A stretch of DNA of 64,000 nt from Chloroflexota bacterium. Lineage in GTDB: Bacteria; Chloroflexota; Dehalococcoidia; Lucifugimonadales; UBA3495. Both the position numbers and the translations under genes were made by a program. Shown piece after piece: positions 53,001 to 61,692 of the stretch. Location of the stretch: contig VXOG01000034.1 of the NCBI GenBank assembly GCA_009840165.1, positions 2,455 through 66,454 on the forward strand, given 5' to 3'. How positions within the stretch are numbered: the first letter of the stretch is position 1; every line of letters begins with the position of its first letter. Under the pieces are notes generated by a model. The model searched no databases. It saw only the letters and a program-made list of their open reading frames with translations, and was not told the DNA's origin.

Positions 53001-53852
53001 ATGGTAACGGAAGCCGGGCACCGGTTTTCCGAACAGGAAACCGAAGAGTACTACGATGCCGAGGACGTAATCTACCGCTCGGTATGGGACGCTGACGGCA
53101 GCGTGCATTGGGGCGTCTTCGACGGCAATGTCAACGGCGACACCATCCGCGAGCAATTCCTCGCGGCCGGTATCCGTCTCAATGAGTTGATGGTGGAATA
53201 TGCCAGCATCGGCGAGAACTCAAAAGTACTCGACGTCGGCTGCGGAAACGGCAACGCGGCCATCTGGTTGTCCCGCAACAGCGGCGCTCACGTAACGGGC
53301 GTTGACCTCAGCGGCGTTCGCGTGGCCAACGCCGTGGAGTCTCTGCAAAACGTGCCCGAACTGGCCGGGAAACTGGCTTTTGAAAAAGCCTCGGCAACCG
53401 AGTTGCCATTTGACGAAGGGACCTTCACCCATTTCTGGAGCCAGGCGACCGTTTATCACGTGCCGGACAAGGTGAAGGTGCTTGAGGAGGCCTATCGAGT
53501 GCTGGAGCCCGGTGGCATGATGATTTTCGACGATCTCATCAAGCCGCGGACCAACATCAGCGAGTCGGCGCGCAAATTCGTGTACGAACGTTTGTTGTTC
53601 GATACCGACTTCAGCTTCTATTCATACATGGAGGCGTTGCGCGACACCGGTTTCAAAGTGTTGCAGGCCCGGGACCTGTCATCCCATTTGGCCCAGAGCT
53701 ACACCTACCTGTCACAACTGGCCTCCATTGCGGTAGGCCCCGAGGGTTACCAGGACCGGTTCGACTACCTTGCCGACGCCTATATGAAGACGGTTGAGGC
53801 AATCAACAACGACGAACTGGGTTGGGCCCAGTACCTCTGCGTCAAGCCTTAG
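53001..53852 (+). CDS. Class I SAM-dependent methyltransferase (sarcosine/dimethylglycine-, tocopherol-, GPP-C-methyltransferase-like subgroup)
   Basis: EEYYDAEDVIYRSVWDADGSVHWGVF... plus motif I VLDVGCGNG and ...LEPGGMMIFDD. AAAGGAG RBS before ATG 53001. Confidence 0.8.
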   Translation: MVTEAGHRFSEQETEEYYDAEDVIYRSVWDADGSVHWGVFDGNVNGDTIREQFLAAGIRLNELMVEYASIGENSKVLDVGCGNGNAAIWLSRNSGAHVTGVDLSGVRVANAVESLQNVPELAGKLAFEKASATELPFDEGTFTHFWSQATVYHVPDKVKVLEEAYRVLEPGGMMIFDDLIKPRTNISESARKFVYERLLFDTDFSFYSYMEALRDTGFKVLQARDLSSHLAQSYTYLSQLASIAVGPEGYQDRFDYLADAYMKTVEAINNDELGWAQYLCVKP

Positions 53853-53899
53853 CCCTACTGCCACGACAGTATCCAAGTCCAGAACGGAGCGGGAGAACA

Positions 53900-54544
53900 A
53901 TGCCTGAAGCCGGAAACATTGACTCGGAACAACGAGTCCAATGGGTCTATTCGTCCACCAACAACCAGGAACTCGCCGAACGGTATGACGAATGGGCGAA
54001 AGAATATGACGACGACCTGGAAAACACCTTTGTTTGGCTGGCCCCACGCATGGGGGCAGAAACGCTGGCCGGCCACGTTGCCAAAGACGCCAGGATTCTG
54101 GACGCCGGCGCTGGCACCGGATTGGCGGGAGTCGAGCTCCAACGGCTGGGCTACGGCGACATCTGCGCCATGGACCTATCAGAGGGTATGCTGGAAGTAG
54201 CCCGCGAGAAAGGCTGCTACAACGACTTCCGGCAAATGGCTCTGGGCGGACGCCTGGATTTTGACACGAACGCCTACGACGCTGTGATCAGCATCGGCGT
54301 TTTCACCCCCGGCCATGCGCCGCCCAGCTCTTTCGTGGACTTGTGTCGGGTCACCAGGCCGGGCGGACACATCGTGTTCAGCATGCGTCCGGATACCCAC
54401 CTTGACCTGGGCTTCAAGGAGCAGCAGGACTCCCTGGTCGATAGCGGCGCTTGGAGCTTGGTAGAAGTCACCGAACCGTTCCAGCCTTTGCCCAAGGGTG
54501 AGCCGGAAGTGACTCACCAGATCTGGGTGTACCGGGTGAACTGA
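53900..54544 (+). CDS. Class I SAM-dependent methyltransferase (second)
   Basis: ERYDEWAKEYDDDL..., motif I ILDAGAGTG, ...RPGGHIVFS. ATG 53900 preferred. Confidence 0.8.
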   Translation: MPEAGNIDSEQRVQWVYSSTNNQELAERYDEWAKEYDDDLENTFVWLAPRMGAETLAGHVAKDARILDAGAGTGLAGVELQRLGYGDICAMDLSEGMLEVAREKGCYNDFRQMALGGRLDFDTNAYDAVISIGVFTPGHAPPSSFVDLCRVTRPGGHIVFSMRPDTHLDLGFKEQQDSLVDSGAWSLVEVTEPFQPLPKGEPEVTHQIWVYRVN

Positions 54545-54574
54545 CGACACCGACCGGCACAGCGCAAAAAGCAG

Positions 54575-54601
54575 CAGGGGCGGGTCTGAGACCCGCCCCT
54601 G
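54575..54601. terminator. Palindromic hairpin between convergent genes ('ggggcggg...cccgcccc' family)
   Basis: caggggcgggtc-tga-gacccgcccctg. Confidence 0.65.
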
Positions 54602-54624
54602 CGTAAATTTGTTAAACCGGCTGA

Positions 54625-55023
54625 TTACTCGCGGGTTTCCATGGGGAGGCCCTGGTCGTGGACTTCCAGGACACATTCGGGGCAGCGCTGCCAGTTTTCG
54701 TGGCCGGTGGCCGGCCAGATGTCGTCGCCCTTGACGCCGCATAGGAAGAAGGGTTCCACTTCTTCTATGCCCAGGCTTTCCAGGTAGTGGACCACGCCTT
54801 CCTTGCGGGGGTTGTCATACCACCACGGCGTGAGTGAACGAGCCAGGGCGTGGATATTTTCCTTGAAATCGTCGGAGTATTCCTCCGCGTTTTCCGGGAT
54901 GTCCACCATCCAGCGCGAACCATCCTTGGTGGCTTGCAACTTCCCGTCGCGTACGTCTTTACGGATGACGCTCTGGGAGACGTTCAATATGCGGGAAGCT
55001 TCCTGGATAGTGACGCGGGGCAT
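54625..55023 (-). CDS. Excisionase-family helix-turn-helix DNA-binding protein with an extra C-terminal domain
   Basis: MPRVTIQEASRILNVSQSVIRKDVRDGKLQATKDGSRWMV matches the excisionase/MerR-type HTH. The C-terminal roughly 80 aa contains ...QRCPECVLEVHD. Confidence 0.65.
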   Translation of the reverse strand: MPRVTIQEASRILNVSQSVIRKDVRDGKLQATKDGSRWMVDIPENAEEYSDDFKENIHALARSLTPWWYDNPRKEGVVHYLESLGIEEVEPFFLCGVKGDDIWPATGHENWQRCPECVLEVHDQGLPMETRE

Positions 55024-55101
55024 ACGGCACCTCTATCGACGATTTTCGTTGAATGTCAAGGGTATTTCTATCACTAAACGCTGCGGTGCGGCAAGTCGCC
55101 A

Positions 55102-56796
55102 TCAATTTGCTGCCAGGGCGGTCCGAGGGTCTTCGATAGTGTCGGCAAGTGACCCGCCGGGCGGCACCATCGGGAACACGTTGGTTTCCTGCTCAACGAC
55201 GAACTCAATTAGGAACGGGCCGTCGTAGTCCTGGGCTTGCCGGAGAGCGTCGGCGACATCCTCTTGATGCTCCACCCTGAGCGCGGGGATGTCATAAGCG
55301 GCGGCGAGTTTGACGTAATCCGGGCCGGGCATGGGAACTTCCTTGATGTGCCCCTCAAAGAACATTTCCTGCCATTGGCGCACCATGCCCAGGTAGCCGT
55401 TGTTGAACAGGGCAATCTTGATGGGCAGTTTCTCCTGCACGGCGGTGACCAGTTCCTGCAACGTCATCTGGAATCCCCCGTCGCCGGCCACTGACCAGAC
55501 CGTCGCCCCCGGCCGTCCCATCTGCGCGCCCAACGCTGCCGGAACCTCAAACCCCATTGCTCCCAACCCGCCTGAAGTAACGAACGAATTGGGCTGGTTG
55601 AGGAAGAGGTACTGTGCCGCCCACATTTGATGCTGGCCCACTCCCGTTACGACCACCGCGTCGTCATCCTTCTGTATGGCCTCGTTGAGTTGCGCCAACA
55701 CCTGCTGAGGCATCAGCGCATCGGAGGACGGTATAGCCAGCGACGGGTGTTCCGATTTAAGGTGGCCGATGGAGGCCATCCATTCGGGTCGCTCGGCCCA
55801 TTCCACCAAGGGAACGAGGGCCTGCAAGATGGGGCGCGCGTCGCCCACCAGCGGCACCTCCGCCGGCACGATTCTGCCCACCTGGCTGGCCTCGATATCC
55901 AGGTGAATGACGCGGGCGTGGGGCGCGAAGCCGGAAACGCGGCCGGTTACGCGGTCGTCAAAGCGCATCCCCAGGCCGATGAGGACGTCGGCCTGGTCCA
56001 CCACCATGTTGCACCAGTACATGCCGTGCATCCCCAGCATCCCCAGGCTCTGGGGATGGTTGCGCGGGAAACCGCTGAGACCCAGGAGCGTGTTGATCAC
56101 CGGGATGCCCGTGGCTTCGGCCAACTGGCGGAGTTCCTCGTAAGCGCCGGAGTGAACGATGCCGTGCCCGGCGATGATTACGGGACGCTCGGCTTCGTTG
56201 ATCAGCGTTGCCGCCTTGCGAACGTTCTCCATAACCTCATCGGACAACGCCGGAGCGGCCGGCTGGCTGATTTCAGGGTATTCAAACTCGGCCTCTTCCA
56301 GCTGCACGTCGCGGGGCACGTCGATCAGCACCGGGCCGGGCCGGCCCTCCTGGGCCACGCGGAAAGCCTCGTGAATCGTGCGGGACAGGTCGGCGGCGGA
56401 CATCACCAGGTAGGTGCGCTTGGTGCATACGGAAGCGATGCTACAGATGTCGCACTCCTGGAACGCTTCAGTGCCCATAACCGCGCGGGCCACCTGGCCG
56501 GTGATGGCGACCATGGGGATGCTGTCGGCCTTGGCACCCATGATGCCGGTGATGAGGTTGGTGGCACCGGGGCCGGAGGTGGCGACGCACACGCCGGGTT
56601 TGCCGGTAACGCGGGCGTAGCCGTCGGCGGCGTGGGCGGCGGATTGTTCGTGCCGCACCAGGACGTGGCGCAGTTGAGGGTAGGCCCACAGCGCGTCGTA
56701 GAACGGGAGGATGGCTCCGCCGGGGTGTCCGAACATTACGTCCACACCCTCTCGGAGCAAACTTTCGCAGATGATTTCTGAGCCTTTGAGCTTCAC
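55102..56796 (-). CDS. ilvB: Acetolactate synthase (acetohydroxyacid synthase) large subunit
   Basis: VKLKGSEIICESLLREGVDVMFGHPGGAILPFYDAL...; ThDP motif GDGGFQM...NN. GTG 56796 with a GGAGA RBS. The track ORF (to 57135) runs into the leader. Confidence 0.9.
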   Translation of the reverse strand: MKLKGSEIICESLLREGVDVMFGHPGGAILPFYDALWAYPQLRHVLVRHEQSAAHAADGYARVTGKPGVCVATSGPGATNLITGIMGAKADSIPMVAITGQVARAVMGTEAFQECDICSIASVCTKRTYLVMSAADLSRTIHEAFRVAQEGRPGPVLIDVPRDVQLEEAEFEYPEISQPAAPALSDEVMENVRKAATLINEAERPVIIAGHGIVHSGAYEELRQLAEATGIPVINTLLGLSGFPRNHPQSLGMLGMHGMYWCNMVVDQADVLIGLGMRFDDRVTGRVSGFAPHARVIHLDIEASQVGRIVPAEVPLVGDARPILQALVPLVEWAERPEWMASIGHLKSEHPSLAIPSSDALMPQQVLAQLNEAIQKDDDAVVVTGVGQHQMWAAQYLFLNQPNSFVTSGGLGAMGFEVPAALGAQMGRPGATVWSVAGDGGFQMTLQELVTAVQEKLPIKIALFNNGYLGMVRQWQEMFFEGHIKEVPMPGPDYVKLAAAYDIPALRVEHQEDVADALRQAQDYDGPFLIEFVVEQETNVFPMVPPGGSLADTIEDPRTALAAN

Positions 56797-56861
56797 GGCG
56801 TATCTCCGTAGTCGGTTGTCGTTTCCGCCTGCCAGCCCGTGATGACGGTAAGGCGGGGCAC

Positions 56862-57139
56862 AAAAAAACCCGTCCCGATAGGGACGGGCCGTAACCCGCG
56901 GTACCACCCTATTTGCCATCGGCGCCACCGGGGCGGCGCATGACCACTCTAGCAGGACACCATCATGTCCCGTCGCTTCTAACGGGCAACGAACCCGGCC
57001 TGGGCTTAGTGGCCGCCGGAATCGGGCGGCGGCTTTCAGCCGGCAACTCCGGAGTGATTTTGGGCGGGTTCGGCGCGTCTGCTTCCACCGTACCAGACTC
57101 GCTAGGGCGCGTGCGGCCCGCTTACTCGTCTCCATCGCA
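56862..57139 (-). promoter_or_regulatory. T-box riboswitch leader (candidate Ile specifier AUC) with terminator
   Basis: Minus strand carries the T-box sequence AAAUAGGGUGGUACCGCG (about 56895-56913). Terminator is CCCGUCCC-UAUC-GGGACGGG plus U7 (56862-56888). Stem I has a GA/K-turn region, AGUA, an AGCGA bulge and a specifier loop ...CAAAAUCA... closed by GGAG:CUCC. Confidence 0.85.
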
Positions 57140-57163
57140 GTCTTTCGTCAGGAAATTTATCAC

Positions 57164-57193
57164 GTAGCCGCCCGCAGCGTCAATTGAGATAGC
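57164..57193 (-). promoter_or_regulatory. Candidate promoter for the T-box/ilvB transcript
   Basis: Minus strand: TTGACG (57193-57188), 18-nt spacer, TAAATT (57169-57164), with TG two nt upstream. Confidence 0.4.
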
Positions 57194-57340
57194 TACGGTT
57201 AACGATGCTTTCCAGCCGCAACGACGACCGAATCAAAGAACCATCCAACTGCCACGGCCCGAACGAAGCATCCATGCAACGCTTTTATCTGCATTGCTGA
57301 CGGACATCGACTGATGATTTTTGATTGCCCCAAATTGCGT

Positions 57341-57370
57341 TTGACAAAGACTGCTACGTATCGTTAGTAT
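57341..57370 (+). promoter_or_regulatory. Candidate promoter for the peptide-type ABC operon
   Basis: TTGACA (57341-57346), 18-nt spacer, TAGTAT (57365-57370). Confidence 0.45.
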
Positions 57371-57438
57371 GCCGACACTTTGGCTTGCCATTTTCTGGTA
57401 GGCCCAACATCTTTACCCAAAGGAGGGATACGAAAATT

Positions 57439-59418
57439 ATGAGACGAATACGCATACCGCGATTGCGCTTTTACCAGCTGCTGGTTCCGGCGGCGGTAGT
57501 CGCGCTCATCGTCGGCGTGGCGTGCGGCGGTGCAGAGCAAACGGCCCCGGCGCCTTCCACCGGCGACAGCAGCGCGGGCAGCGCGGCCCCGGCAGCCACC
57601 TCACCGCCGGCGGCGGCGGCCCAGGTCGGAGCGACCGCCACACCACTGCCTACGCAAGAACCGGCGGCAATGATGGACTCCGGTGAAGGCCGGAGGCTCG
57701 TAGTGCTGACCGAGTCTTTCGGAAACGAAGTGTGGGACCCCAAGTACGAGAGCGGGGACAAGCACGTGTGGAAGTTCCCCATGCACTCGCACTTGATGAC
57801 TACCGATGACCAGCTGAACTACACCAAGGACGGCCTGGCCACCGACTGGTCGGTTTCACCTGACGGGCTGAGCCTCTCGTGGACCCTGCGCGAAGATGCC
57901 GTGTTCCATAACGGAGACCCGGTGACGGCGGAAGACGCCGCCTGGTATCTGCGTTACATCTGGGACGACGCGGCCCGCTCCGTGGTCCGCATCCGCATCT
58001 GGCGCATCGTCGAGGCTGACGGCGAAAACGCCGAATACGAAGGCGACAACACCGCCAATGAGAAGGAAGGCCACGCTCACGTTACCGGGCCCAATGAAGT
58101 AACCATCACCTTCAAGCAGCCGGCGCTGAACTTCTTCTCTGACGTCAGCGAAGTTGGCGGCGGCACGGGCGGCTCCATTATGTCCCAGGCACACTTCATG
58201 AGCCTGGGCTCCGATGACCAGTCCCGTTCCGACGGCCTGATTGCCAATCCGAACCCCGGCTCTTCCGGTCCCTTTGACCGGGTATCCTTCACTTCGGGCT
58301 CTCAAGTTGTCTATGAGAAGCGGGACGACCACTTCATCCTGGAAAAGCGCCCGTACCCCTTCGACGAGTTGGAAATCAACCTAGTTGCCGAGGCGGCCAC
58401 CCGCAAGGCGGCCCTGCTCAGCGGCTCGGCTGACATCTCCCCCATCGACCTGGACTCCCGCGAGGAGCTGGAGGCGGCCGGCCTACAGTACCGCTTCGGA
58501 CCCGAATCCACGGTAATCTGGATCAACGCCTGGAACTGCAGCGTGGACGCTCCGCAGACCTTGGGCCACGACGCTTCCCGAGAGCAGGACGATCAGGGCA
58601 ACTACATTGGCGACCCGGTGGGGACGCCGCTGATGTGCTCGGACAAGCGCGTCCGCCACGCCCTGGACTACGCCATCGACAAGGAAGCCATTCAGGAATT
58701 GGTAGGCGGCCCTGACGTGTTCCACATCGCCGGCACCGCTGCCTCTTCCCCCTCCGGCGTGGGCTACAAGGCAGGCGGTGAGCTTGACCCGTTCCCCTTC
58801 GATCCGGCCAAGGCCCGCGAGTTGTTCGTGGAAGCCGGCTACAACGTGCCAGAAGCCACGACTCCTGACGGAACCACCCTACCGGCCGTGACCAACCTCA
58901 AGGATCCGGTCATGCCCGGCGGCGGCGACGAGTGGAACGTCTGGACCTGGGAAGCCGGCGCCACGGTGCCGAAGATGCTGCAAATCGTCGAGTTCGTCTG
59001 CGACGACTGGAGCACCTACCTGGGCCTGAACTGCAAGGTCAACGTTGGTGAAGAAGCGGCGATCAAGGACCGGCAGTACGGCGGTGAGATTCCGGGGCAG
59101 TACCTGGTGCGCTCCAACGAACACTCCTTCGACACCGGCTCCAAGCTGGTGGGGCGCTTCGGCGACTCTGAAGGTTCGTACATCAGCTACGACCCGCTGG
59201 TTGATCCATTGGTGAAGACCGCCCTGGCCGCCACCACAGAGGAAGCGCGGCAGGAAGCCTACTTCGCGGCCCTATCCCAGGCCCATGAAGGCCACTGGGA
59301 CTTCGCGCCTGGCTACCTGGACGCGCCCTACGCGATCAGCGCTCGGATCGACGACTGGCGGCCACGCCCGCTGCGCCCGTCGCCCAGCGCCCTGTGGACG
59401 ATCCGTTGGGCTAATTAA
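57439..59418 (+). CDS. ABC transporter substrate-binding lipoprotein, family 5 (peptide/nickel/opine type)
   Basis: AAAGGAGGG RBS. Signal peptide with lipobox VGVAC and a low-complexity A/P/S linker. SBP_bac_5-like body (659 aa from ATG 57439). Confidence 0.85.
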   Translation: MRRIRIPRLRFYQLLVPAAVVALIVGVACGGAEQTAPAPSTGDSSAGSAAPAATSPPAAAAQVGATATPLPTQEPAAMMDSGEGRRLVVLTESFGNEVWDPKYESGDKHVWKFPMHSHLMTTDDQLNYTKDGLATDWSVSPDGLSLSWTLREDAVFHNGDPVTAEDAAWYLRYIWDDAARSVVRIRIWRIVEADGENAEYEGDNTANEKEGHAHVTGPNEVTITFKQPALNFFSDVSEVGGGTGGSIMSQAHFMSLGSDDQSRSDGLIANPNPGSSGPFDRVSFTSGSQVVYEKRDDHFILEKRPYPFDELEINLVAEAATRKAALLSGSADISPIDLDSREELEAAGLQYRFGPESTVIWINAWNCSVDAPQTLGHDASREQDDQGNYIGDPVGTPLMCSDKRVRHALDYAIDKEAIQELVGGPDVFHIAGTAASSPSGVGYKAGGELDPFPFDPAKARELFVEAGYNVPEATTPDGTTLPAVTNLKDPVMPGGGDEWNVWTWEAGATVPKMLQIVEFVCDDWSTYLGLNCKVNVGEEAAIKDRQYGGEIPGQYLVRSNEHSFDTGSKLVGRFGDSEGSYISYDPLVDPLVKTALAATTEEARQEAYFAALSQAHEGHWDFAPGYLDAPYAISARIDDWRPRPLRPSPSALWTIRWAN

Positions 59419-59448
59419 TCGCCCTGGCGAATCGACCGGAACGCACCC

Positions 59449-59485
59449 GGCGGGGGTGGGCTTCGCGCCCGCCCCCGCCTGTTTT
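59449..59485 (+). terminator. Strong GC hairpin plus a short U-tract between the SBP and permease genes (attenuating terminator)
   Basis: ggcgggggtgggc-ttcg(c)-gcccgcccccgcc then tgtttt. Confidence 0.55.
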
Positions 59486-59565
59486 GTGGTTATGGAGACC
59501 CTTGCGGCCCACGTTTTTCTGATATAATCCCGCAACCCACACGTTAGGAGAGGGAGGCGACCGGT

Positions 59566-60489
59566 TTGGCACGCTTCATCTTGTTTAGAATCATTCAAGC
59601 GATCGCCACATTGGTGGTGTTGAGCGCGGCGGTATTCTTCGGCACCGACCTGACCGGCGACGCTGCCCTGGCGATGGCTCCCGGCGACGCCAAGCCGTCG
59701 GAGATCGAGGCCATCCGCAGGAACCTGGGGCTGGACCGCCCTGTGGTCATACGCTACTTCGACTATCTGGGCGGCCTGTTCATAGGCGATTTCGGAAGGT
59801 CGTACAACAAGCGCCAGCCGGCCTTTGACGTGGTTGTTGAGCGGATTCCCAACACAATACAGTTGGCCCTGTCCGCCCTGGTCATCGCCATCGTCATCGG
59901 CATACCGTTAGGTATTTTATCGGCGGTCAAGCGAGACAGTTTCATGGACCGACTGGGCAAAGGCTTTGCCATTCTGGGCATGTCGATGCCCCAGTTCTGG
60001 CTGGCGATCATCTTGATGTGGATATTTGCCGTAGAGTTCCGATTGCTGCCGACCTTCGGCAAAGAAGGACTGGATCCGCGTTACTTCATCATTCCGGCAT
60101 TCTCCATCGCCGTGTTCACCATGGCGGGCTTTATGCGCCTCACCCGGTCGGCGATGCTGGAGGTGCTGGACAGTGAATACGTGAAATTCGCGCGCATCAA
60201 GGGTCTGGCGGAGCAGTTGGTGATCTTCAAGCACGCGCTGAAAAACGCGGTAATACCGGTGCTGACCTTCGGCGGCATCAGCTTTGCCGGCCTGCTCAAC
60301 GGGTCCATCGTGGTGGAGGTCATCTTCTCGTGGCCCGGGCTGGGCCTGTTGATGCTGGAAGGGATACGGACGCGGGACGTGCCGATCATCGAGGCGACGA
60401 TCCTGACGTCGGGCTTCCTCTACATCCTGATGTCCACCATTGTTGACATCGTTTACGCTTACGTTGACCCGCGCATCCGGTTCGGTTAG
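59566..60489 (+). CDS. ABC transporter permease (DppB/OppB-like)
   Basis: 307 aa. MARFILFRIIQAI... typical N-terminus and BPD_transp_1 core. TTG start. Confidence 0.85.
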   Translation: MARFILFRIIQAIATLVVLSAAVFFGTDLTGDAALAMAPGDAKPSEIEAIRRNLGLDRPVVIRYFDYLGGLFIGDFGRSYNKRQPAFDVVVERIPNTIQLALSALVIAIVIGIPLGILSAVKRDSFMDRLGKGFAILGMSMPQFWLAIILMWIFAVEFRLLPTFGKEGLDPRYFIIPAFSIAVFTMAGFMRLTRSAMLEVLDSEYVKFARIKGLAEQLVIFKHALKNAVIPVLTFGGISFAGLLNGSIVVEVIFSWPGLGLLMLEGIRTRDVPIIEATILTSGFLYILMSTIVDIVYAYVDPRIRFG

Positions 60490-60527
60490 GCCGAGCGCGG
60501 GAACCACAGTCTGAGGAGACCATCACC

Positions 60528-61418
60528 TTGGCGACGCAAGACCTGGCAACCCCACTGCCGCAGCCAAACACGGCCACCCGCGCCTGGCGGAAGGCGCGGG
60601 AACTGAAATTGCCGTGGATTCCCATTTTTGTACTGGTGGTGCTCATGGTTGCGGCCATATTCGCGCCGTTGCTGGCGCCGCACAACCCTGAGCAGTTGAA
60701 CAAGCGGGACCGGGAAGTGCCTCCCTTCGAGACCAGCAAGTTCCTGCTGGGCACCGACAAATCAGGCAAAGACATCCTGAGCCGGTTGATTTACGGCGCG
60801 CGGACGTCGGTGTTCATCAGCCTGGTAGCGTTGGGCACCGGAGCGGTGGTGGGAAGCGCCCTCGGCGTGATGTCGGGCTACTTCGGCGGTCGGGTGGATA
60901 TCGTGCTGATGCGGCTGGTTGACGCCGTGCTGGGGTTCCCCACGGTGCTGTTAGCGTTGATTATCGTGGCGATTGCCGGCGGGGCCGGCATCGGCAACGT
61001 GATTGTGGCGGTGGCGGCGACGGTGTGGGCGAGATTCGCGCGGCAGGCGCGCGGCGAAGTGCTGAGCATCAAGGAGCGTGACTTCGTGACGCTGGCCATC
61101 GTGGCCGGCGTGTCCGCGCCGGTGATCATGTGGCGCCACATATTCCCCAACGTGATCAACACCGTGCTCATCGTAATCAGCCTGCTGGTGGGGCAGACCA
61201 TCCTGCTGGAGGCTTCGTTGAGCTTCCTGGGCGTTGGCGTGCCGCCGGGAGACCCGGCCTGGGGCATCATGGTTTCCGAGGGCCGCGACCAGATCTTTGA
61301 AATCTGGTGGCTGGCGCTGTTCCCCGGCATCGCAATTACCGTGGTGGTGATGGCAATGAACTTCTTCGGCGACTGGCTGCGGGACACGCTGGACCCGCGT
61401 TTGCGACGGACGCGGTAG
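60528..61418 (+). CDS. ABC transporter permease (DppC/OppC-like)
   Basis: 296 aa. ...LGTDKSGKDILSRLIYGAR... family motif. Confidence 0.85.
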   Translation: MATQDLATPLPQPNTATRAWRKARELKLPWIPIFVLVVLMVAAIFAPLLAPHNPEQLNKRDREVPPFETSKFLLGTDKSGKDILSRLIYGARTSVFISLVALGTGAVVGSALGVMSGYFGGRVDIVLMRLVDAVLGFPTVLLALIIVAIAGGAGIGNVIVAVAATVWARFARQARGEVLSIKERDFVTLAIVAGVSAPVIMWRHIFPNVINTVLIVISLLVGQTILLEASLSFLGVGVPPGDPAWGIMVSEGRDQIFEIWWLALFPGIAITVVVMAMNFFGDWLRDTLDPRLRRTR

Positions 61419-61444
61419 GGTCTCGCCGGCACAGGAAAAAGTTT

Positions 61445-61470
61445 GTCACTCCGGCTTTCGCCGGAGTGAC
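61445..61470 (+). terminator. Hairpin after the permease genes
   Basis: gtcactccggc-tttc-gccggagtgac: 11-bp stem, no clear U-tract. Confidence 0.5.
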
Positions 61471-61520
61471 AGCTTAACGGCAAGGGGGTTTTGAGCCGGG
61501 CTACGGCTGCGGGTTCCGTA

Positions 61521-61549
61521 TTGACACCCGGCGCTACCGGCGATACGAT
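61521..61549 (+). promoter_or_regulatory. Candidate promoter for the DUF1800/DUF1501 pair
   Basis: TTGACA (61521-61526), 17-nt spacer, TACGAT (61544-61549). Confidence 0.4.
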
Positions 61550-61692
61550 TATAAACTGATAACGGTTCGGCCGATTATTCGGGATAACCCATGCCCGGAT
61601 ATTGCGGAAAACAGGGCCGTAGGCTATATTCTTGGCACGAAAAATCACCCCATCAGGACTATCGAAGTTCGGGAGTAAAAAAGGAGGAACCA

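Noticed and set aside
54625-55023. An integrated mobile element or prophage, inferred from the excisionase-like gene.
   Set aside because: There is no integrase, transposase, tRNA target, direct-repeat borders or phage genes in the window.
55102-57135. A 677-aa IlvB with a long N-terminal extension, as shown in the ORF track.
   Set aside because: The extension is the translated T-box leader. A GTG at 56796 with a GGAGA RBS gives the normal 564-aa enzyme.
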